From: Nitrosopumilus sp. | Lineage (GTDB): Archaea; Thermoproteota; Nitrososphaeria; Nitrososphaerales; Nitrosopumilaceae | Direction: 5' to 3' | Assembly: GCA_965205425.1 (NCBI GenBank) | Contig: CBDBGZ010000009.1 | Location: forward strand, 448,001-512,000 | DNA: 64,000 nucleotides | In this document: positions 30,361-40,135 of the stretch, piece after piece | Layout: each line of letters begins with the position of its first letter | Position numbering within the stretch: the stretch's first letter is position 1 | Position numbers and translations under genes: made by a program | Notes under the pieces: model-generated | What the model was told of the DNA's origin: nothing | Databases searched by the model: none | The model's input: only the letters and a program-made list of their open reading frames with translations

Positions 30361-31161
30361 ATGGAAGTATTAGAGATTCTTCGTGAAGCTTCAAACAGGA
30401 TTTATGAAAATGTAAAAGATCTTGCTGGAACAGATGATGCTGCGGGTGATTTTGGTGTTGGTGCAGGTGGAGATATTTCAAGAAACATAGACATTATTGC
30501 TGAAAAAACTGTTTTAGATTATCTTAAGGAAATTAATTTTGAGTGTATAGTATTAGGTGAAGAATGTGGGCGAGTAGAATTATCAGATAAACCAAAAGGA
30601 TTTGTAATAATGGATGCAATTGATGGTTCTGCAAATGCAGTTAGAGGTGTTCCTTTTTTCTGTAGCTCATTAGCATTTGCAACTGAAAATAAACTAAGTT
30701 CAATTACAGATGGTGTAATTACAAATCTCTCAAATGGAGAAATGTATTGGGCATCAGAAAATAAAGGGGCATTTTTTAACAATAATCAAATTAAAGTTCA
30801 TAAAAAAGATCCAATCTACAAAATAGTTGGAATTAACACATCAGGAGCATCAATTGAACTGATGAATAAACTACATCCAATTTTTGAAAATCATAATCAC
30901 ACTAGACATTTTGGTGCAAATGCACTTGAAATGGCAATGTTTGCAAGAGGATTAATGGATATTTTTATTGATTTAAGAGATAAAATTAGAATTCAAGATA
31001 TTGCTGCAGGTTATGTAATTGTCAAAGAAGCTGGTGGTATGCTTTTAGATGCTGATTTGAATCCACTTGATGCGGATCTAAGTTATGAAACAAGGGTTTC
31101 TTTTATTGCATCTGCAAACCAGGAAATTCTTGATGAAATTATGTCACAAATCAATAAGTGA
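30361..31161 (+). CDS. inositol monophosphatase / fructose-1,6-bisphosphatase family protein
   Basis: LGEE, DAIDGSAN, QDIAAGYVIVKEAGG. Confidence 0.9.
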   Translation: MEVLEILREASNRIYENVKDLAGTDDAAGDFGVGAGGDISRNIDIIAEKTVLDYLKEINFECIVLGEECGRVELSDKPKGFVIMDAIDGSANAVRGVPFFCSSLAFATENKLSSITDGVITNLSNGEMYWASENKGAFFNNNQIKVHKKDPIYKIVGINTSGASIELMNKLHPIFENHNHTRHFGANALEMAMFARGLMDIFIDLRDKIRIQDIAAGYVIVKEAGGMLLDADLNPLDADLSYETRVSFIASANQEILDEIMSQINK

Positions 31162-31293
31162 ATTTTTAGAATAAATAATTGAAAAATTACTAATAGTTTG
31201 ACATTTTATTTAACATTCTTGAGTTTTCAATAGATCTTAGAGATAGATGCTAAGAGAAATATATTTAACCAAAGTCAAGAAAAAACTTCTTGT

Positions 31294-32136
31294 ATGGTAA
31301 CTGAGATGAAAGCAAAGGTCGTCTATAGGGAGTTACTCAAAGAAGATTTAGTGATTATTAGATTAGTTCCAGAAAAAGGAATGCCAGAATACAAAACAGG
31401 TCAATTTTTGACGATTGGTCTTCCAATTCCTGCAGAGAAAAAAGTTGTTAGACGAGCATATTCTATTGCATCACATGCAGAAAATAGAGATTATTTTGAA
31501 TTTGTAATTAGATGGGTAAGAAAACCACTTCCAGGTCGTGTCACTACTGAATTATTTTATCTAAGCGTTGGAGACGAAGTTTCTCTAGGTGATCCAACTG
31601 GAGCTGCATTACAAATTAGTGATAAATTACCAAATGGACAAAAAGATAATAGACGAATAATTTGTGTAGGTGGTGGTACAGGATTAGCGCCATTTATTGC
31701 ATTTGCAAAACATTTTCACGATACTAATGATAAACGAGAAGTAGTTGTTTTACATGGTGCAAGTTATGTTGATGAATTAAGCTATAAACGATTATTGACA
31801 GATTTAGAATTAGAAAGCGAAAAGAATGGAAGAGATAGATGGAATTTCAGATATAGAGCAGCAATTAGTAGACCAAAAGAATTTTTCAATAGATCTTGGA
31901 ATGGTCATGTAGGTAGAGTTGAATCATTCTTCAAGCCTGATAAAAAATCTGGATTATCACCTGTAGAAGAAATGGTAGGTGAAGAATTAACTCCAGAAAA
32001 TACTATCATCTACATTTGTGGTTATCAGGGAACAATTGATGGAGTAATTGAATACCTAGGATCAAAAGGATTTGTAACTGAACATGAGAAAAAACCTGAT
32101 GGAAGTTTTGGCATCAAGTTTGAATCATACGGATAG
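31294..32136 (+). CDS. ferredoxin-NADP+ reductase family flavoprotein
   Basis: RAYSIAS, GGTGLAPF, YICG, C-terminal ESY. Confidence 0.9.
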   Translation: MVTEMKAKVVYRELLKEDLVIIRLVPEKGMPEYKTGQFLTIGLPIPAEKKVVRRAYSIASHAENRDYFEFVIRWVRKPLPGRVTTELFYLSVGDEVSLGDPTGAALQISDKLPNGQKDNRRIICVGGGTGLAPFIAFAKHFHDTNDKREVVVLHGASYVDELSYKRLLTDLELESEKNGRDRWNFRYRAAISRPKEFFNRSWNGHVGRVESFFKPDKKSGLSPVEEMVGEELTPENTIIYICGYQGTIDGVIEYLGSKGFVTEHEKKPDGSFGIKFESYG

Positions 32137-32248
32137 AATATTTTAAAAAATTATTAGTTAATTTTCATTTCTGGGAATTATTAAAATCAGTTATCTCCAA
32201 TAGTTTCATACCTGTGGATTTTTATATTGATTATTTTTTCACCAAAGT

Positions 32249-32416
32249 ATGGCAAAACTCAAGTGTAATGATTATGGGTTTGAGTGTGATTTCATAGTTG
32301 ATGGGGAAATGGAGTCAGTTATTAAAGAATTTAGAAAACATACCGATGAAGAACATGGAATAGATTATTCCAAAGAAGCCGTTATGCAATTTCTCTTAAG
32401 AAAACAAGGATTATAG
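32249..32416 (+). CDS. small metal-binding protein (DUF1059-like), 55 aa, not in the ORF track
   Basis: MAKLKCNDYGFECDF...FRKHTDEEHGIDY... with the C-x2-x-G-x2-C and H-x4-H pattern. Confidence 0.8.
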   Translation: MAKLKCNDYGFECDFIVDGEMESVIKEFRKHTDEEHGIDYSKEAVMQFLLRKQGL

Positions 32417-32421
32417 TAAAA

Positions 32422-33498
32422 TTAAGCATCTAGTCTTTTCATTCTAGCAGACAAAACTGGAAGTTCCTTTTCAATAATTTTCTCTACTGCTGGAACAATT
32501 CCTACTCTAGCTTTTACACTTTCTTCATAAAGTTCTGCAATCTGATCTCTGAACAATAATTTTATTCCAGGAAGTGCAGTGATTCCTTCATCAACAGTTC
32601 TAGGATCGGATAAATCTAGAACTAGAGTACCTTTCTTCTTTTCTTCCATAATTAATCTAATTCTTTCAAATGTGATTAAGAAATAATCTGAAGTTGTTGC
32701 AACAAAAATAATATCATATTTATCAAATCCTGCTAAAACATCATTGAAATCCACAGGAGTTCCTCCAAGAATTGTTGTAAAGCCAGTAGCACGTTCTAAA
32801 CTTCTACTAGTGACATCAAATGCAACATCTTTTTTGTTTAGTGTTTTTGCAAGCATTGCTGCAGGCTCACCAGTTCCTATAACAAGTACTTTTTTCTTTG
32901 AATCAAGACCTGCTTTTTCATCAACCAGTTTAACTGCGATATCACCTAATGAAATTACATCTTTAGCTATTCCAGTAGTATCTCTCATTCGAATAGCTAA
33001 TCGTATTACACTATCAAATAATTTGTTGAGAATATTTCCAGAAACACCAGCATCTTTTGCATTTGCTAATGACTGAACTATTTCATCAAAGATTTCTTGT
33101 TTTCCAACAACTACAGAATCTAATCCAGATGCCAATCGTAAAAGATGCAAATAAACATCATCACCTTTGTAGACTTCAAGAGTTTGGTCAAAATGGTCTA
33201 TGTCAATTTGTTCTAATGATGACAACGATACCCAAGTATCTTTAATTTGGTTTAACACAAGTGTTTTACCTTCTGCTCTTCTTGCATCAGGAGAATCATC
33301 AGTTTCAACATTGCTTACTGTAAATATTTCAACTCTACTTGCAGTTTGAATAATCATACATTCATCTACACCAGGAATTTTTTTAAATTCTGCACATGCA
33401 GCACCGATATCTTTGAAAGTGAATTTAGACAATGTATGTAATGGTACATTCTTGAATGTGACTCTTGCATTCAATACATCAAATCTAATTTCACCCAA
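32422..33498 (-). CDS. glutamyl-tRNA reductase-like protein, atypical (catalytic Cys absent)
   Basis: HLLRLASGLDSVVVG, DLSDPRTVD and Rossmann IGTGE; QTASRVE in place of TCNRxE. Confidence 0.8.
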   Translation of the reverse strand: MGEIRFDVLNARVTFKNVPLHTLSKFTFKDIGAACAEFKKIPGVDECMIIQTASRVEIFTVSNVETDDSPDARRAEGKTLVLNQIKDTWVSLSSLEQIDIDHFDQTLEVYKGDDVYLHLLRLASGLDSVVVGKQEIFDEIVQSLANAKDAGVSGNILNKLFDSVIRLAIRMRDTTGIAKDVISLGDIAVKLVDEKAGLDSKKKVLVIGTGEPAAMLAKTLNKKDVAFDVTSRSLERATGFTTILGGTPVDFNDVLAGFDKYDIIFVATTSDYFLITFERIRLIMEEKKKGTLVLDLSDPRTVDEGITALPGIKLLFRDQIAELYEESVKARVGIVPAVEKIIEKELPVLSARMKRLDA

Positions 33499-33509
33499 TC
33501 ATATCACCA

Positions 33510-34232
33510 TTAAGCATTAATTTTGTCACGTCCACCCTTTGCAGTACGGAATACATTCATTCCAATATAGAAATTTTCATGTAATGATTCTAAGTAAATA
33601 ATTTCACGTTCTGTTTCTTTAATTTCTTTTTCAGTTGCATCAGGATTATTTTTTAATTGTTCAAGTTTCTGTTTTGTTTCTTCTAAGAATGAATCAACAC
33701 CGCGTTCATAATTTGATACACCAGCAAATTCAGGACTAAGAACATGCTCAGGAACATATACTGGAGTTTGATCTTGTGGGATTTCAGCAATTCTAGTAAG
33801 TGATTCTTGTTCATCTGCGGAAAGAATTGGTCGTGGAAAACGATCTTGTTTATCTAACCAAAATTCAGGCTCACCCATATCTCGTCTGAAAATTTCTTCA
33901 CCTTGTCTCTTAAACGTATGATCTGATTTAGCTGCGGCATCGGCTTTTACTTCAGCTGCAATTGCCTTGTATTCTTCTTCAGCTGCGGCTTCAGCTTCAG
34001 CTTTAGCTGCTTCTGCTTTTGCAATAGCTTCTTTCACTGCAAGTTCTGCATCTTCAACGGCTTTAGCTGCGGCATCTGCTTTTGATGTTGCTTCTTCAGC
34101 TGCTTTTGCTTCTTCAGCTGCTTTTGTTTCTTCAGCTGCTTTTGCAGTTTCATCTGGAGATGGTTTATCAGATGTTGTTTCTTCAGTAGTTTTTGCTTCT
34201 ACTTCAGATTCTTTTTTCTCTTCAGACAACAA
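33510..34232 (-). CDS. hypothetical protein with Ala/Glu/Lys-rich N-terminus
   Basis: 240-aa ORF with low-complexity helical N-terminal half. Confidence 0.75.
   Translation of the reverse strand: MLSEEKKESEVEAKTTEETTSDKPSPDETAKAAEETKAAEEAKAAEEATSKADAAAKAVEDAELAVKEAIAKAEAAKAEAEAAAEEEYKAIAAEVKADAAAKSDHTFKRQGEEIFRRDMGEPEFWLDKQDRFPRPILSADEQESLTRIAEIPQDQTPVYVPEHVLSPEFAGVSNYERGVDSFLEETKQKLEQLKNNPDATEKEIKETEREIIYLESLHENFYIGMNVFRTAKGGRDKINA
34089..34142. repeat. 3 x 18-bp coding tandem repeat (KAAEE(T/A))
   Basis: TGCTTCTTCAGCTGCTTT twice plus TGTTTCTTCAGCTGCTTT. Confidence 0.9.
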
Positions 34233-34363
34233 ATTTTACTAAAATTCCCTGAATTTTAATATTCTTGTGAGATTCATCTTGATTCAATCCTAATTCAATA
34301 ATATTTTCTGGAAATTTTATTCAGATCGGTTCAAAACTATAATTTTTGATGAAATAGAAATAA

Positions 34364-34441
34364 TGGCGCCCTCGGCGGGATTTGAACACGCGTCTCAGCC
34401 GTGACAGGGCCGAATTCTAGACCGGGCTATACTACAAGGGC
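34364..34441 (-). tRNA. tRNA-Asp(GTC) with encoded CCA
   Basis: GCCCTTG/CGAGGGC acceptor; anticodon loop CTGTCAC; TTCAAAT T-loop. Confidence 0.93.
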
Positions 34442-34662
34442 ACAATTTCATTGAGTCAAACTGCCAGATTAAAAGTTTCTGTCACAACATTACATTTTGT
34501 AAAAGACTAAATTATACAGTTAATGTTATGTTTTCGCCATATTTATTTAATAGATTTACGTTGTTTGTTTATTGGGAATTCTCACATACAAAATCATAAG
34601 GACGGATTCTGACATTCCTAAAAGATTTTCAATTATAATGTCTGAATTCGTTATTGGGGATA

Positions 34663-35586
34663 TCATATCTTCTGATTCATTATTTGAAAGACATAAAGAG
34701 ATAGGCCTTGTAGAAACCATGATAAAATAACAAAATCTAATTTTCTAATCCTGTAAGCATTGTATGCAATTAACCTGTACAACATCTCATTGTCCTGAGT
34801 TGTAACATTTCTTGATGTGACATCTCCTGACATTATCTGTTTGATCACAAAAAAGATTGTTTCGGATTTGTTTCTCTGATGGTACAATTGTACAGGAAAG
34901 TTCCTCTTCATCTCCTTTCTATGAATTCCACTGGTTCTGTAAATTGGAACTGTTCCATATCGAGTTGGAATTATTGCAGCTGTGTTGATCTGTTCTGCAC
35001 CAACATGGTTATTCTCATCATCAAAACCCATGTCACCTAACACAATATCAACTGGAACAATATTGTTGGTTTTGTACAACAATGGCAGAAAATCAGGATT
35101 ATCATGTTGCATGTTGTGGTGTGTCATGACACAGCAAACAAGCTGTGTATTCATGTCAGCACAAACAACAACTTTTAGGAAATTCCTGCGTAACTGTACT
35201 CTTTTTGTATAATAGTATGATGCTGTACTGTAACTGAATCCGCTACCATCAATTCCAGCTAGAACCAGTCTGACTTTTTTGTACAAAATGAATTCCTGCA
35301 ACATTTTATGTAACAGATTTCCTTCCAGTCTTGCAGCTGCCTTTTGTAGTGTGGTGTAATGTGGAATGGTATACAAACCAAGATATTCCTGAATTCCTAC
35401 ACATTCTTCTAAAAATTCTGTAAATCTTCTATAACTCTTTGATTCGTACTGTCGTATTGTCAAGAGTATGAGATGTGTCCAAACAGAATAGATATGATTT
35501 GATTTTGGATGTAAGAACCTAGGAATTCTGCATCTGATGATTATATTGAGTAGTGTTTTGCACATTTTGACGTATGATGAGACCAT
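34663..35586 (-). CDS. IS5-family transposase
   Basis: IPHYTTLQK, GIDGSGF, LGDMGFD, YHQRNKSETIFFVIKQ. Confidence 0.9.
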   Translation of the reverse strand: MVSSYVKMCKTLLNIIIRCRIPRFLHPKSNHIYSVWTHLILLTIRQYESKSYRRFTEFLEECVGIQEYLGLYTIPHYTTLQKAAARLEGNLLHKMLQEFILYKKVRLVLAGIDGSGFSYSTASYYYTKRVQLRRNFLKVVVCADMNTQLVCCVMTHHNMQHDNPDFLPLLYKTNNIVPVDIVLGDMGFDDENNHVGAEQINTAAIIPTRYGTVPIYRTSGIHRKEMKRNFPVQLYHQRNKSETIFFVIKQIMSGDVTSRNVTTQDNEMLYRLIAYNAYRIRKLDFVILSWFLQGLSLYVFQIMNQKI

Positions 35587-35635
35587 ACTGTAATCTGCAA
35601 ATACAATCCTAATGGATCTAAATTAGCTAAAATGT

Positions 35636-35837
35636 ATCCATGTGAATTGTTTTTATACATTTCTTCTCTTTTCATACATCAGGGCATGGCTTTCGCTAGA
35701 GAATGGTTTCAATCAAAAGATGCGGACATGTATCCATACGAGACTATTCTCTCAATGCTATCTTCATCCTAGTTAGGATTGTTCGCAGTTATCAGACGAG
35801 GCCTTGTCCCTCAAAAACTCTAACGCGACTTGCAGTC
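35636..35837 (-). ncRNA. candidate bridge RNA/seekRNA region of the IS110 element
   Basis: Structured non-coding region; ATGTATCCAT at 35728-35737 equals the element end at 35632-35641; AAAGAT at 35716-35721 is the reverse complement of the other end at 36950-36955. Confidence 0.65.
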
Positions 35838-36830
35838 CTAACTATAATTTTGCACAAATTCTCTCCTCTCCTTTAGCATCCAATATATGACACGCAATAA
35901 CTTTGATGCACCAGCTACTGCAGCTTTGGATGATCCTCTTTTCTTTTTAATGCGATTGTAAAATTTTGTAATGTCGCTATCTGGTGCGTATCTAACATGT
36001 GCATGAATTGCCTCCACTAGCAACCATCTTAGCATGGTGCTTCCTCTCTTTGTAATTCTTCCGTGATGTATTGTATCTGCAGAATTTCTCACCGATGGAA
36101 CAATCCCTGCATATGCACATAACTTGCGAGAATTTGAAAATCTACTAATCTCTGCAATTTCTGAGAATATGCTCAATGCAGTGTATGGTCCAACTCCAGA
36201 TATTGATGTCAAAATACACACGTCAGGATTATCATTTACCATGCGACGTATCATGGAATCTATTTTTGCAACCTCCTTTTTGTGAAATTTTATGCTTTGT
36301 AGGTACGAATCTATTCTATAACTCTCCAATTTTCCAAGTGCACGTATGTGTTCTGAGGAAAATGGTGTTGCTTTGATATGGATTCCCTCCTGTAGTGTAA
36401 TACCATGTATGGAATTCTTCATCTTTACAATGATGCGCACAATCTTGTGTCGATGTCTTACAAGCTGTCTGTATTGCACAATTGTGTGATCTGGCACGAA
36501 TGATTCTGCAATGTATCCTCCTCGTAGCAAATTTGCAAGATGGTACGCATCAATTTTATCAGTCTTTTTGAGTGATGATGCTATTATCTTTGTGTTGTAT
36601 GGATTAGATAGTATAACATCAAGATGTAATTTGTCTGTCATGTGTCTGTACAATCCATACCAGACAGATGATGACTCTAAAACATATTTTGCGTTCTTTG
36701 GAATTTTGGATGTAATTTTGCTAATAGCAGAAAAATCACTGGAAATCTTTTTGTTAAATAATAATTTGCCAATCTCATCTACTGCTGCCACCTGTACAGA
36801 GTTCTTGTGAACATCCAATCCTACAAACAT
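35838..36830 (-). CDS. IS110-family DEDD recombinase/transposase
   Basis: FVGLDVHK, VLESS, KTDKIDA, AYAGIVPSVRNSA, GRITKRGSTMLR; start placed at MFVGLD (ORF extends to 36929). Confidence 0.93.
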   Translation of the reverse strand: MFVGLDVHKNSVQVAAVDEIGKLLFNKKISSDFSAISKITSKIPKNAKYVLESSSVWYGLYRHMTDKLHLDVILSNPYNTKIIASSLKKTDKIDAYHLANLLRGGYIAESFVPDHTIVQYRQLVRHRHKIVRIIVKMKNSIHGITLQEGIHIKATPFSSEHIRALGKLESYRIDSYLQSIKFHKKEVAKIDSMIRRMVNDNPDVCILTSISGVGPYTALSIFSEIAEISRFSNSRKLCAYAGIVPSVRNSADTIHHGRITKRGSTMLRWLLVEAIHAHVRYAPDSDITKFYNRIKKKRGSSKAAVAGASKLLRVIYWMLKERREFVQNYS

Positions 36831-37183
36831 CAAATATTTTTTTTCAGGAAGGGTAGTGTGTTTGTTTGCATTTCTTACTTTCTTGATACGAATGCAAGTA
36901 CCATCTAATTTCCTAGCTGATTTTGGCACATATGGTTATGGTTATAGTTATCTTTATGTTGTAGGATGTGATGACATTGATTTTTCAAATCCAGATTCAA
37001 CGATTTGGATTTTTGAAATGAGTCAATGGAAAGCCGGTGCCATACCAAAAAACACTACGGACATTTATGGAGACAATACAGGTAAACAAAATAAATTTAT
37101 TGTTTATCGTGAATATATGGAAGAAATTAGTGTTGAAAAATTAAGAGATTTGGTTGATTCTCACTGGAAAGAGTTTGAATGAG

Positions 37184-37879
37184 TCAAGAAGTAAAAGAAA
37201 AAGAGGCAGATTTTGTTTCTTTTCCATTATCTACTTTGATTGTATAAGTACCAGAATTTTCCCAGCCTGAACCTCCTGCAATTGCTAATGTTGCGAATTG
37301 TCCATCACTTTTCAATGAAGTTTGTTCTGCCCAAACAAGTTCTCCTTGTTGATTTTCTATTGAAAGATTAACTGTTCCAGTTGTATCAGATATTCCACTA
37401 ATAGATATTAGATCTTTGTTGTTGTACGATGATAAATCAGTTTGAATAGATAGTGAAACTGGAGTTGTATTAATTGGAGTATCAGTTACAGTATCACTAT
37501 TAATAATTCCACTAAAAGATATGGCAGCTGCAATTATTATTAATGCTAAACCACCAATTCCCAACATAATTTTTTTATTTTTTGATTGTGAATAAGTTAC
37601 TCTAGATGTTTCGGTTTGAAATGATTGTGTTTGTTGAATAGGTTGAATTTCAGGCATTATTACATCAGGGATTGATGGTTTTTCTTCAAGAGTAGATGAA
37701 GGAGTAAATTCAGGTTTTTTCCCAAGATGTTTTTCAGCTAATTTTTCAACATAATTTCGTTCATAGTTACTAATTACTTCATTATTTTCACATGCTCTAC
37801 AAATTTGTTTTAGAATTCGATCGTCTCCAAAATCCTTATCCAAAAGTGCCTTTACATCATCCAATAATGGATTTGTCAT
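37184..37879 (-). CDS. hypothetical membrane-anchored protein
   Basis: Central TM helix IMLGIGGLALIIIAAAISF followed by a beta-rich domain. Confidence 0.8.
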   Translation of the reverse strand: MTNPLLDDVKALLDKDFGDDRILKQICRACENNEVISNYERNYVEKLAEKHLGKKPEFTPSSTLEEKPSIPDVIMPEIQPIQQTQSFQTETSRVTYSQSKNKKIMLGIGGLALIIIAAAISFSGIINSDTVTDTPINTTPVSLSIQTDLSSYNNKDLISISGISDTTGTVNLSIENQQGELVWAEQTSLKSDGQFATLAIAGGSGWENSGTYTIKVDNGKETKSASFSFTS

Positions 37880-37925
37880 GTGTATTTTCTCTCAAATTGA
37901 TTATTTATGAATATATGTCAGAAAG

Positions 37926-38103
37926 CTATTTTGAGTAGATTTTTTGGGCTTGGATAATAACTGTTCGGATATAGTCCTTGGCCGTTGAATCAGTTACACC
38001 CATTTGTTTTGCTCTTAGATATAGATCATTTTCTTTTGGATTTGTCAGATAATACTTCAAAAGATAGTTTAGTCTATGAGATCTTTTTTCATCACTTTTC
38101 ATA
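37926..38103 (-). CDS. small hypothetical protein
   Basis: MKSDEKRSHRLNYLLKYY...; likely start at the internal Met of ORF 37926-38192. Confidence 0.6.
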
Positions 38104-38223
38104 ATTTTATTTTTTTTTAGTGCTAAAAAAGCCAGAGGATTATGACATAACCAACAAAATGGTATAGTATCACAAAATTTGGATAAAAACATATGATCTT
38201 TTTTAAATAATACGAAAAAATGA

Positions 38224-38571
38224 ATGCAAATGAAACGAATTGAGGCAACTGTTCAAGCAACCAAAATTGGTGCAGTCACTGAAGCAATCAGTGAGCTTGT
38301 AGGTGGATTCACCATTCTGGAAGGGAAAGGCAGAGGTTCCGGAGCTAGACAAGAAATGAGATCTGGTAGAGGAACTGGCACTATTACTGCAGAATACAAT
38401 GAAGTTGCAACCGTAAGTACAATTGTAGATGACTCAGAAGTAGAAAAAATTTCCACAGCAATTGCTGATGCAGCTTTTACAGGAAAAGGTGGAGATGGAA
38501 TTGTTATTGTATCCAGCGTGGATAGTGTTCTGAATATAGCATCTAAAAAGAGTGGTTCTGAAGCCCTCTAA
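38224..38571 (+). CDS. glnB: nitrogen regulatory protein P-II
   Basis: MKRIEATV, GKGRG T-loop, TGKGGDGIV B-loop. Confidence 0.88.
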   Translation: MQMKRIEATVQATKIGAVTEAISELVGGFTILEGKGRGSGARQEMRSGRGTGTITAEYNEVATVSTIVDDSEVEKISTAIADAAFTGKGGDGIVIVSSVDSVLNIASKKSGSEAL

Positions 38572-38733
38572 TCATTTTCTTTTATCAAAAATACACCACA
38601 TCATCGATTGAAAATTTAGTTGCTGAGAGGGTGGTGAATAAACCTCTCAGGTCGGTATCCTTTTGGAGGACATATTTTTTGAAGGGATGGCATAGCATTA
38701 CAATTTGAGTATAAAAGCAAAGGACTTTGAAGA

Positions 38734-38973
38734 TTATTGTTGGCCTTCAATTCCCATTAGGGTTAGTGTTGATCTTATTTTTGGAATTTTCCGAATCTTC
38801 CAAGTTATTGTCTCACGTAGTGCTTCGACTTGACTTGATTCAACTTTAGCCAAAATATCATATGCACCAAAGGTACCATGTACTTCAACAACACCTTCAA
38901 TTGATTTTAGTTCTGAGATAACTGCTTCTTCAGAACCTAGTTCGCAGTTTATGAGGACATAAGCTGTTGCCAT
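38734..38973 (-). CDS. Lrp/AsnC ligand-binding (RAM) domain protein
   Basis: AYVLINCELG, TFGAYDILAKV, IRSTLTL; no HTH. Confidence 0.9.
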   Translation of the reverse strand: MATAYVLINCELGSEEAVISELKSIEGVVEVHGTFGAYDILAKVESSQVEALRETITWKIRKIPKIRSTLTLMGIEGQQ

Positions 38974-39112
38974 TATGATTCAATTCCTATTTTCATACTT
39001 AAAATGCTCTATTGAAATATATAAGAATAGTCCAATTTACTTAAAAATTCAACATAAAATTTGATGGTATCATAAACAAATGTTAAATGATTTAAGATTT
39101 TTTGAAAAATTT

Positions 39113-40075
39113 CTAAGATGAGATGTATGTATCATTCATGATTTTTTCTAATTCTTCAATATTTTTTGAAATAGTAATTTTTGAACGAAGTTTTGAACCA
39201 CCTTTCATACCTTTAGTAAATCTCATAGCTTGACCTTTGATATTTGCAAATTTGATTTTGTATTTAGATGTGATATGTAAATAATCAAAAAATGAATCTA
39301 ATCTATCTTTAAAAGAATATTCTTTGTAAGAATTTGTTTTCAAATAGTCATTAATTTGTTCAAACAAAAATGGATTTCCCATAGCTCCTCTACCCACCAT
39401 TACATAATCACAATTAGTATTGTCAATCATAGTTTTAGCATCTTCAGGAGTAGTAATATCACCATTTCCAACAATTGGAACACTAGAAATTTCTTTCAAT
39501 TCTTTAATCAAATCCCAATCAGCAGTTCCAGAATAACCTTGACTGACAGTTCTAGGATGAAAAGTAATCATTTGAATTCCTTCATCTTCTGCAATTTCAG
39601 CAATATCTCTAAAAAGAAATTTACTTGCATCAGTAACTCCTGAACGAATTTTTAGAGTTACTGGTTTTTTTACAGCATTAACAAGAGTATTGAAAATTTG
39701 TTGGGTCAGATTAACTTCCTGCAAGAGTGCACCTCCAGCCATTTGTTGAGTGATATGAGGTGCAGGACAACCCATGTTATAATCAATAATATCAAAAAAA
39801 GGCTCAACAATTTTTGCTGCTTTTTCTAAAGCAACAAGATCAGAACCAAATAATTGAATTGATAGAGGTCGTTCTTCATCAGAGAATTCTATGAACTCTT
39901 GGATTGTTTGCATTTTTTCTTTTAATTGATTTTCCTTGGCAATAATACTGTGAATGTTTGTAAATTCAGTAACAACTAATCCTGCCCCCATTTTTTTACA
40001 TTGTAAACGAAGTGCAGGATCACTTACACCTGCCATAGGAGCTAAGAATGCTTTACTAGAGAATTTAGGAAGCAT
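39113..40075 (-). CDS. dus: tRNA-dihydrouridine synthase
   Basis: LAPMAGVSD, NMGCP, GNGDI, MVGRGAMGNP. Confidence 0.93.
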   Translation of the reverse strand: MLPKFSSKAFLAPMAGVSDPALRLQCKKMGAGLVVTEFTNIHSIIAKENQLKEKMQTIQEFIEFSDEERPLSIQLFGSDLVALEKAAKIVEPFFDIIDYNMGCPAPHITQQMAGGALLQEVNLTQQIFNTLVNAVKKPVTLKIRSGVTDASKFLFRDIAEIAEDEGIQMITFHPRTVSQGYSGTADWDLIKELKEISSVPIVGNGDITTPEDAKTMIDNTNCDYVMVGRGAMGNPFLFEQINDYLKTNSYKEYSFKDRLDSFFDYLHITSKYKIKFANIKGQAMRFTKGMKGGSKLRSKITISKNIEELEKIMNDTYISS

Positions 40076-40135
40076 GTACCAACTTGGTTATTTGGATATA
40101 TTTACCATGTCAAAAAATTATGTAGAATTAAATTA

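Larger units (their letters stand above)
35632..36959 (-). mobile_element. IS110-family element
   Basis: Transposase flanked by a repeated 4-bp ATGT (35632-35635, 36956-36959); ~200-bp downstream non-coding region. Confidence 0.75.
34704..36992 (-). mobile_element. IS5-family element with a nested IS110; outer boundary tentative
   Basis: End GGCCTTGTAGAAAC at 34704; only a degenerate partner (rc GGATTTGAAAAATC) ending at 36992; no clean TSD. Confidence 0.45.

Noticed and set aside
35791..35804. CAGACGAGGCCT as the partner IR of the IS5 end at 34704
   Set aside because: Weak match, and it lies inside the inferred IS110 non-coding end.
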